Made by a program: the position numbers and the translations under genes. Under the pieces are notes generated by a model. That model was not told where the DNA came from. It saw nothing but the letters and a program-made list of their open reading frames with translations, and ran no database searches. A DNA stretch of 61,595 bases from Bacteroidota bacterium (lineage in GTDB: Bacteria; Bacteroidota; Bacteroidia; Bacteroidales; UBA12481): NCBI GenBank assembly GCA_034658635.1, contig JAYEFL010000330.1, forward strand, positions 1 through 61,595. The letters are read 5' to 3'. The number at the start of each line of letters is the position of its first letter. The first letter of the stretch is position 1. This document shows positions 42,301 to 49,680 of the stretch, piece after piece.

Positions 42301-42903
42301 ATGAATAAACAGGTACACTTGGTATTAATCGTTCTTTTTCTAATTTTGGCTAATCTGGTATTAGTCTTTCAATATCGAAATACGATTAACAAGAACCGCA
42401 TGAAGGCAGATCAAAAGAACATCAATCTGACAAAGACTTTGGCAGATGCTGAACTGACTAATCTGGCCTGGGCAACCTCGGTAAGCATTCCTCCGAGAAC
42501 AGTACCAATAGAATGTCTTGAGATTCTGCCATCTGAAGGAGCGCTTATTGTAAGATTGTCTGACAATCAATGCAGTAGCTGCATTGATCAGCTTTTATTT
42601 GAAATACGGAAGCATTTGGCTGACATTGGGCCTGACAACCTGATTGTTATGTATTCTTCAAAAAGAGATCATCAAATCAATCAAAGATTCAGACTACGCC
42701 TTTTAGACCCTGTTAAATTCATCAATGTACCGGAAAATATGGAAGTAACACCACTTGATCAGTTTCGTATCCCTTACCTTTTTCTGATTAATGCAAGTGG
42801 TGAAGTTCAGGCATCCTTTCTTCCATATCCGGCCACAGAGAAATTTACCGGGATATTCCTTAAACACATCGCAAATCAATTTCACAAAAGTTATGAAAAT
42901 TAA
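42301..42903 (+). CDS. Membrane-anchored thioredoxin-fold-like protein with a single CxxC (TlpA/redoxin-like)
   Basis: N-terminal TM helix (VHLVLIVLFLILANLVLVF). LIVRLSDNQCSSCIDQ (CxxC after a beta-strand-like segment) and a later IPYLFLINASGEV (cis-Pro-like region). Confidence 0.45.
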   Translation: MNKQVHLVLIVLFLILANLVLVFQYRNTINKNRMKADQKNINLTKTLADAELTNLAWATSVSIPPRTVPIECLEILPSEGALIVRLSDNQCSSCIDQLLFEIRKHLADIGPDNLIVMYSSKRDHQINQRFRLRLLDPVKFINVPENMEVTPLDQFRIPYLFLINASGEVQASFLPYPATEKFTGIFLKHIANQFHKSYEN

Positions 42904-44077
42904 ATCAATCTTAATGTTTGGGCTTATTGCCGGCTTGTTCTTTTCATGTCAGACAAAGACAGATACACCAATAGGACAAAACACCTTCAGAGCTGAATTT
43001 GTTGACAATATTAAACTCAGCGAATACTTCACGTCTCTTGAATATATATTTCTGGAAGAAAGTCCTGATGGCCTTTTCATGAACGCAGATAAGATTATTT
43101 TTTTTCAGAAACGGTGGTATATCCTCGACAGTGAACTGATGGCGATTCTTTGCTTTGAAGAAAACGGCAAATTTTTGTTCAGGATTCATTCAGTGGGCAG
43201 AGGTCCAGGTGAATATCAATTACTTACCGACATAATGATTCATGAAACGAACAAAGAGCTTTGGGCTCAATGCAGGAAGAGTACTAAAATCTTTGTCTAC
43301 AATCTGGATGGGCAACTGATCAGGGAAGAGTCCGTTGGCAGAGTGGGCATAGATTTCATCCAAATGAACGAATCAGATATCCTTGCATACGACGAGGAAA
43401 GGCACCTTTTTCGTAAGGATGATGCAATAAATAATGGCGTTTACCTCTTTGGTCACAGCTTCAGGCGAAAACATCAACTATTTGAGCTGCCATCAGGAAC
43501 AACATACTATTCTTTGAATAACAATAATAATTTCTCTTTGCACAAGGATAGTTGTTTTTTCTTATCACCTTCAGACAGCCTGATGTGCTTTCCTCCTGAC
43601 CTTAATCCAATTGTGGTTGGTGTTTTCGATTTTGGAACTTATCATCTTTCTGAGAAGCTTAAACATTTGCCAAACAAGGTCCAATATTTTTCTGACGTCA
43701 TTGACTCCGGAAAAGTTTTATGGAAAGAAAACCTTGTTGTAACATCTCAAGCTGTTTTTCTTCAACTTGGGCTCCAAAACACTTCCTGGTTTGGAGTCAT
43801 AGATCGCAAAAACTCAAGATTCAGAGTCACCCAGGGCCTTATTAATGATTTAGACTCAAGAGTTTTCACCTTTCCGTCATTCCGCAAATCACGCACTGAA
43901 GTTGTCGGATTTATTTCGGCTGACCTCCTTTTGGCCTATCAGGAGAGTATCTCAAAGATTTCGGATGAGGATAAAAAAACGGAAAACACAAAAGCACTGA
44001 TTGCTTTCATTGAAAAAGGCCTTGAAGGCTCTGGGAACGTACTAGTTATTTCAAAAATTAAAGAACAATTTAAATAA
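42893..44077 (+). CDS. Lipoprotein, probable 6-bladed beta-propeller (BF3164-like family)
   Basis: Lipobox LFFSCQ from ATG 42893. GRGPGEY motif and repeated hydrophobic-strand pattern, as I recall for Bacteroides 6-bladed propeller lipoproteins. Has an 11-nt overlap with the upstream gene. Confidence 0.5.
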   Translation: MKIKSILMFGLIAGLFFSCQTKTDTPIGQNTFRAEFVDNIKLSEYFTSLEYIFLEESPDGLFMNADKIIFFQKRWYILDSELMAILCFEENGKFLFRIHSVGRGPGEYQLLTDIMIHETNKELWAQCRKSTKIFVYNLDGQLIREESVGRVGIDFIQMNESDILAYDEERHLFRKDDAINNGVYLFGHSFRRKHQLFELPSGTTYYSLNNNNNFSLHKDSCFFLSPSDSLMCFPPDLNPIVVGVFDFGTYHLSEKLKHLPNKVQYFSDVIDSGKVLWKENLVVTSQAVFLQLGLQNTSWFGVIDRKNSRFRVTQGLINDLDSRVFTFPSFRKSRTEVVGFISADLLLAYQESISKISDEDKKTENTKALIAFIEKGLEGSGNVLVISKIKEQFK

Positions 44078-44083
44078 ATTAAC

Positions 44084-44410
44084 ATGAAAATTAAAAACCT
44101 TATCACCATTTTATCGCTGTCTGTTATATTCATCTTCAATGCTGCCTTTAGTCTGGCATCAGCAGAAGGAGGAGGAGACAATTCACACACAGAAAGCACA
44201 ACTGATTCACACTGGCTAAAAAATCATCGTAGAACCCAAAAAAAGGTGAAAGACAGTATCACCGTGGGACTTGAAGGTGATGTTAATACTTTGGGTATAG
44301 GATTCTTTAGAGTGAATACAAACATCAAATGGGTCTTTGTTCAATGCTGTAAGTATACAGTAGAGTCTGACTATTGGTGTAACGCAGCACTGCAGGATAA
44401 GCGGTGTTAA
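44084..44410 (+). CDS. Secreted Cys-rich small protein (paralog 2), unknown function
   Basis: 108 aa. Signal peptide ending FSLASA, then EGGGD. The C-terminal motif is CCKYTVESDYWCNAALQDKRC (CC-x9-C-x8-C). Confidence 0.55.
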   Translation: MKIKNLITILSLSVIFIFNAAFSLASAEGGGDNSHTESTTDSHWLKNHRRTQKKVKDSITVGLEGDVNTLGIGFFRVNTNIKWVFVQCCKYTVESDYWCNAALQDKRC

Positions 44411-45336
44411 AAAACAGGTAAACAATATGGGGGGAGCGAAGAGCTCTCCCCATCCGGGTTACCTTGAATCTTAATCCCAAGACCAATTTCACCATCGTGA
44501 GTACCATCCAGACTTTTGACCAGAAAAGCCCCAAAAAGTCCTGATTCCGTTTTAAAAACATACACGTTATCAATGATCAGTTCCTTAGCTTTTCGCTTTG
44601 CATCCTCATCAGAGTATAAAGGAATAATCAGACCATCATGAAAAATATTCTCAAATTGTTCAGGTGTTATCTCTGTTTTAATGAATCTCGTGGTGTTTCT
44701 TGTTGACCAGTTTTCAGGAGAAGCATCTCCTGAAAAGATCCCGGATTGGATATTTGCACCAGGTGAAGTAACACATGCCTGGTCATCGTCACTATGGTAA
44801 TAAATCAGATCTACAGTTTCCTGGTTTTGGAAAGCTCCCTCAAGATCATACCTTAAAGCACCGGATAAACTTAAAAAGCCAGGAATAAACACATTGTTCT
44901 GAGCTCCCAGCCTAATGTCATCAAAATACTTGACGGGACCATAAATAGAATTTGGGTCCTTACTCAGCACGATACTTGCCGATGCCTCATTACCCTTTTC
45001 ATCAATCAAAGTAAACTTCCATAATTCTTCCTCCGAGAAGCTTTTCATTAGATTAAAGCTGTACTCACCCCTGTCAATAATATCAAGATGATACGACTGT
45101 AGTAGTTGCTCACTGGCATAAACATCCAGTGTCCTCAACTTATCAGTCTCATTCCATTCTAAAACAACTCCAATTTTAATCGTATCACCTACCATCAGCA
45201 TAGTATCCTGAGATAGGAAACCTTCTCCTTCCACAAAACTAATATTTGGAGGGCCCATATCCTTCTGGCATGAAATAAAGACTGAAAAAGCAATAAGGAT
45301 ATATACAAACGAGTTTAAAATATTGATACTCTTCAT
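44407..45336 (-). CDS. Lipoprotein of unknown function
   Basis: 309 aa with lipobox VFISCQ. ATGA overlap with the upstream membrane-protein gene. Its stop codon overlaps the convergent 44084-44410 stop. Confidence 0.55.
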   Translation of the reverse strand: MKSINILNSFVYILIAFSVFISCQKDMGPPNISFVEGEGFLSQDTMLMVGDTIKIGVVLEWNETDKLRTLDVYASEQLLQSYHLDIIDRGEYSFNLMKSFSEEELWKFTLIDEKGNEASASIVLSKDPNSIYGPVKYFDDIRLGAQNNVFIPGFLSLSGALRYDLEGAFQNQETVDLIYYHSDDDQACVTSPGANIQSGIFSGDASPENWSTRNTTRFIKTEITPEQFENIFHDGLIIPLYSDEDAKRKAKELIIDNVYVFKTESGLFGAFLVKSLDGTHDGEIGLGIKIQGNPDGESSSLPPYCLPVF

Positions 45337-45902
45337 TTTCGATATTTCTTAATAATACTAAATAGGCCGGCAGTGAATCCCGATCCAATCATTCCAAATA
45401 GAAAAAAGCCAGCAACAGGAGCTAAGGGAGTACCATATTTCACCGCTGCCGGATAAACAATTCCTGTTATAGCCATCAGTAAAATTCTAAATAATGGAAC
45501 AGCCATATAAGAAAGCCCACCAACAAGCGCCAGAATCCAGGCCTTCCTCTTATTTTCTGGCAGCTTGGAATAAACCAGATCTAATATGAATACAGGCAGC
45601 AAATAACCCATTGCTGAAATAGGATTCTTGAAACCGATAAAAGGTAGAAAGATCATTAATCCGATTCCCAATGCCAGGAAGACAGAAGAAAACTTGACCT
45701 TTGACACCATCCGTCCTGCAAGTAAGAGAGCCATAAAATCCAATCCATGATGCCCCGGAATACTAATCCCTATCCTGAATTTAGCATGTAAGAATATGGC
45801 AAAGGCCCCTGTAAGAAACAGCAAAACTGCTTCAATAACGGTGGCTGATAAATCAGGAGCTAAGCTCCTTGAGGTAGAGTTTATCTGCTGTTTTCCAATC
45901 AT
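45333..45902 (-). CDS. Polytopic membrane protein (about 5-6 TM), unknown function
   Basis: Hydrophobic helices throughout (for example VIEAVLLFLTGAFAIFL and VAGFFLFGMIGSGFTAGLF). The ATG at 45902 is the first ATG. The ORF overlaps the upstream gene by about 50 nt. Confidence 0.5.
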   Translation of the reverse strand: MIGKQQINSTSRSLAPDLSATVIEAVLLFLTGAFAIFLHAKFRIGISIPGHHGLDFMALLLAGRMVSKVKFSSVFLALGIGLMIFLPFIGFKNPISAMGYLLPVFILDLVYSKLPENKRKAWILALVGGLSYMAVPLFRILLMAITGIVYPAAVKYGTPLAPVAGFFLFGMIGSGFTAGLFSIIKKYRK

Positions 45903-46593
45903 TTCCTGATCTTTTAAGGTTTTTCTCAGCAATAATATATGTCTTGCTATTTATTAGAACCGCTCTGATCCAATCTGTTAAATCAATCATCAAAGCAGCA
46001 TCAAGAATCTTCCCATCTCTGGTCATAACTGCGTCAACCTGAGTTCCTTTTAGAAGTTGCTCAACAGTCATTGAACCAACCAGATCCCGAAGTTGCTTAC
46101 CAGGCTGCCATATAAAACGTCCGTCATTTCCAAAATTCCTTAGTCCGATAGCAGCGAGGGCCCCAATAATTCCATCAAAGGTTCCTGTTAATCCTTCAAG
46201 CTGAATACCATTTCTATCAGCTATATCACGGGCTTCTTTCTGGGTCAGGACTTCGCACTTGGCTCTGCGCCCCCATTCTTCAACTTCCAAAGGCACCTTT
46301 CCTGCTTCAACTATGCACAAACCAACATCGCTACCCGGAATAGCCTCCCTCAACATGAAACTCCGACAAAACTCCCAAAGTTTTTCTTTATTATGAGCTT
46401 CGATCTCAAGACAATTGGAACTGTTTTGTGAAGTATAGGGTATTAGTTCATGAACGTAAAGTTGATGCCGGGTAATACCCATAACCTTTCCATAGCCGGC
46501 AAGCATTAGTTCAGAACCCATTTGTCTGGCTCTGAAACCAGTACCACGACTTTCTTTAGAGTCAGTATCGTCAACAGAAACAAATACACGCAT
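45853..46593 (-). CDS. Stand-alone protein resembling the N-terminal kinase (TCKD) domain of archaeal tRNA-agmatidine synthetase TiaS
   Basis: MRVFVSVDDTDS... (the TiaS-like xGIDDTDS start), an IPYTS... segment and GIIGALAAIG. These parallel TiaS blocks as I remember them. No OB-fold or Zn-ribbon follows. Confidence 0.45.
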   Translation of the reverse strand: MRVFVSVDDTDSKESRGTGFRARQMGSELMLAGYGKVMGITRHQLYVHELIPYTSQNSSNCLEIEAHNKEKLWEFCRSFMLREAIPGSDVGLCIVEAGKVPLEVEEWGRRAKCEVLTQKEARDIADRNGIQLEGLTGTFDGIIGALAAIGLRNFGNDGRFIWQPGKQLRDLVGSMTVEQLLKGTQVDAVMTRDGKILDAALMIDLTDWIRAVLINSKTYIIAEKNLKRSGNDWKTADKLYLKELSS

Positions 46594-46635
46594 AGCTCGC
46601 AAAAATAAAATCTTCAATAAATGAAGTACATGATT

Positions 46636-47034
46636 TTACTCAGTTCCCGGATTATCTTTATTATTCAATTTGTTAAAAAACTGACGGGTTATCCGATGAA
46701 TGGCCTGATCAAACTGAGAGTGCAATTCCTCAAAAGCGGCCAGAAGCTCTTTCCCGTCTTCCGTCAACTGTGATAATCCGCCATCTTTTCCACCCCTGGT
46801 AGAGTCAATCAAGCTAAGTCCAAGAAATTCTTCAGCTTCTTTAATGTCCCCCCAGGCTTTTCTATAACTAAGCCCTTTCTTTAATGCAGCCTTTTTCAAG
46901 GATCCATGCAAACCAATTTCCTTAAGGAGTTCGATCAGCTGATCATCCACTTTGCCATCACTTATCTGACTTTTCAGCCACACTTGATAATCAAGGAAAA
47001 TGTCAAAATATTTCGATCCTTTTGGTCCTGCCAT
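46636..47034 (-). CDS. ModE N-terminal-domain-like winged-HTH regulator (no Mop/TOBE domains)
   Basis: GSLKKAALKKGLSYRKAWGDIKEAEEFLGLSLIDSTRGGKDGGLSQLTEDGKELL closely follows the ModE/LysR-like HTH pattern (GS..AA..LG.SYR.AW......LG..L......GG..GG...LT..G..LL). Confidence 0.7.
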   Translation of the reverse strand: MAGPKGSKYFDIFLDYQVWLKSQISDGKVDDQLIELLKEIGLHGSLKKAALKKGLSYRKAWGDIKEAEEFLGLSLIDSTRGGKDGGLSQLTEDGKELLAAFEELHSQFDQAIHRITRQFFNKLNNKDNPGTE

Positions 47035-47110
47035 TCGTCATGCAATATATAACATAACGATTGAAAATTGAAATACTTCTTGCACAATCAATATTCTGTT
47101 GTTTTGCATC

Positions 47111-49519
47111 CTAATTCTCAATATTATAGCTTATCCTGAATCTGCCCGGATCATTAAAAACAATTTGCTGCTTATCAGATGTGCTCACTGATCCATCTGG
47201 TCCTGTTATTGTCTCAAGCTGAGTTGGTTTAAGAAGCTGTGGCACCCAAATAATCTCTGTATCTTTCGGAATCAAAAGATCAAATACAATTTTTGAAGAG
47301 CTTCTCGACCAGGATAAAGAAATCTCCTTTCCAGCAATATTCCGGCTAACGGAGAACTTATCCAGTCCAACAACCGGTGCAGGGTGAAGCATCAAACGTG
47401 CAAATCCACCATCAACCGGATCAATCCCACCAATCCATTTATGAAACCAGGTGGAAACTCCACCAAACATCGGATGGTTCTGCGAATATGTATTATCGCT
47501 TTCTTTCCAGGTTTCCCAGAGAGTAGTGGCATCGTTTTCTATCATATGCCTCCAACCTGGGAAATCTTTGCGTGAGACCATATCAAATGCTTGCTGAACA
47601 TATCCGTATCGTGATAAAACCTCAAGGAGCCAGGGAGTCCCAAAGATTCCGGTTGTTAACTGATTATTCCGATTAATAAGATCATCTGTCAACATTTTTA
47701 GTGCTCGTGGCTGGTCTTCATCTGCCAAAATGTTGTTATACAACATAGTTGCCAACCAAGTTTGTTTGTTCTCAAAATTAACCACAGGCTGGTTCCACAA
47801 TGAGTCTCTCATGATGATCTGGATGTTATCAGCATAATTCCTGTACTTTTTTTCAGAAGGAGAGTCTGATAAAATTGCTGCGAATTTCTGCATAGTACGT
47901 AGTGAGGTATAATAATACGCGGTACCTATCAATTCAACAGGAACAGGGATTAGGCTCTCATGGTCACTCAACCCTTCCCTAACCAGATCCATGCCATGAA
48001 TACCGATAGCTTTCTCTATCCATTGTTGATTATATGAATACCATTCTCTCAGTAGGTCCACATCTCCATAAAATTTAAAAAGCCATTCCTGAAGCATCAG
48101 AAAGTTTGATTCCCAGGCAATCCCACAATAGTTTATACCAACATTGGGAGCAGTATCAACAAATTTCCCATCTCTCATTGCATCCTTCCAGTCTCTCAAA
48201 AACTTGATAAAGATGTTCTTCATATCATAGTTATACAGCCAGGCTTCGGCATTGGCACTCATATCACCTCCATAGCCAAATTTCTCTCTGGCGGGACAAT
48301 CAGAGGCAACGCTAAAAATATTCGAAGTAAAAGTCCATTCAACCATCTCCTGAATTTGGTTCAGCCATTCAAGATCAGATTCAACAACACCAATTTTATT
48401 AAGGTCTGTACCCACTCTGAAAGCGATAAAGTCCTCTTTGCTTACACCAATATTATCCGATTCAGGATTTCTGGTCATTTCAACATATCTGAATCCGTGG
48501 AAAGTATATCTGGGTTCGAAATATTCTTGATTTTCAGAAGGAACAAAAACATCAAGCTGCTCAGCAATAGCCGGAGCACCAGGTCCACCAACGCCAGCGC
48601 GTTTTATCTGTCCGCACACTGCTGTCAGAGTATTAACTGTACTATCTGGCCAGATTCGCTCACCAAATCTGAACCGTATGGTATCTCCAGAATCTGTCTG
48701 ACCTTCATAACGTATCCATCCTGCCATATTTTGCCCAAAATCAATAGTCCATTTCCCCGGTTCATTTTGCCAGATCGCCTTGGGCTTCAAGCTCGTTGTC
48801 TTTCTGATAGGAGGAAAATCTTCTTCAAGCAAATCTCCGCCCGGAGATGATGTCACTTCAACAAAGTCCCACGAAGAATCATCAAATTTGGAAAGTTTCC
48901 ATCCGATTGGTTCAGCACTGTAATCGTGGAATTCACCCAGAAAAATACTATTTCGCCTAATTGCACCCTGACTTGATTTCCAACTGCCATCTGAAATAAT
49001 CTGAATCTCTCCTTTTTGTTCTGCATCGATTATCATGCTGGCAAGAACTCTTGGTTTCCCAACTGGTAAACGTTCTCGTAAATTTAAGTGGCCCCACATT
49101 CTCAGGGGCAAAGGATTATACCAACCATTTCCAAGTTCAATTCCTACCACATTCGCCCCCTTGTGAAGATAATCTGACACATCAAATTTCTGATAATAAA
49201 TCCTTTTAGAGTAGTCTGTCCAGGCGGGAGCCAATTCCTGATCGCTAATCCTTTCACCATTGATCCAAACAGTGTAATAGCCGGCAGCGGTAATCCATAA
49301 ACCAGCAGTTGATGGCATTCGTTTTAAGACAAACTCCTTCCTTAGCAAAGGAGCAGGATTATCCAGGTAAAACAAGGAATCTGATTCTGGTAAAGGATCA
49401 TTATCTGAGATCCATAATGCATCAGCAAATGGATCATGATTCAGGTTTAAGCTTTCATCTGTGGTAGAACAAGCTGAAAAAACAACTGTGAAGAAAAGCA
49501 AAATCAAAAAACGGATCAT
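47111..49519 (-). CDS. Alpha-L-rhamnosidase (GH78), lipoprotein
   Basis: Lipobox VVFSACS from ATG 49519. GH78 N-terminal block WITAAGYYTVWINGERISDQELAPAWTDYSKRIYYQKFDVSDYL..GANVVGIELGNGWY. About 800 aa. Confidence 0.78.
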   Translation of the reverse strand: MIRFLILLFFTVVFSACSTTDESLNLNHDPFADALWISDNDPLPESDSLFYLDNPAPLLRKEFVLKRMPSTAGLWITAAGYYTVWINGERISDQELAPAWTDYSKRIYYQKFDVSDYLHKGANVVGIELGNGWYNPLPLRMWGHLNLRERLPVGKPRVLASMIIDAEQKGEIQIISDGSWKSSQGAIRRNSIFLGEFHDYSAEPIGWKLSKFDDSSWDFVEVTSSPGGDLLEEDFPPIRKTTSLKPKAIWQNEPGKWTIDFGQNMAGWIRYEGQTDSGDTIRFRFGERIWPDSTVNTLTAVCGQIKRAGVGGPGAPAIAEQLDVFVPSENQEYFEPRYTFHGFRYVEMTRNPESDNIGVSKEDFIAFRVGTDLNKIGVVESDLEWLNQIQEMVEWTFTSNIFSVASDCPAREKFGYGGDMSANAEAWLYNYDMKNIFIKFLRDWKDAMRDGKFVDTAPNVGINYCGIAWESNFLMLQEWLFKFYGDVDLLREWYSYNQQWIEKAIGIHGMDLVREGLSDHESLIPVPVELIGTAYYYTSLRTMQKFAAILSDSPSEKKYRNYADNIQIIMRDSLWNQPVVNFENKQTWLATMLYNNILADEDQPRALKMLTDDLINRNNQLTTGIFGTPWLLEVLSRYGYVQQAFDMVSRKDFPGWRHMIENDATTLWETWKESDNTYSQNHPMFGGVSTWFHKWIGGIDPVDGGFARLMLHPAPVVGLDKFSVSRNIAGKEISLSWSRSSSKIVFDLLIPKDTEIIWVPQLLKPTQLETITGPDGSVSTSDKQQIVFNDPGRFRISYNIEN

Positions 49520-49624
49520 AGCAATAGAATAAAGATTAATAATCAGCTTATAAATATACTGAATTCCCCTTGTGATACTCAACTGATTCTATTGTCTGAT
49601 TCCTTTCCAAGGTTTATTAACTGC

Positions 49625-49656
49625 CAGAAAAGAAAGAGCCGGGAATAACCCCGGCC
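49625..49656 (-). terminator. Intrinsic terminator after the AOR gene
   Basis: GCCGGG/CCCGGC stem (49638-49655) with a 6-nt loop, followed on the minus strand by TCTTTCTTTTCT. Confidence 0.7.
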
Positions 49657-49680
49657 CATAATATTAAAATATCTCAGAGC

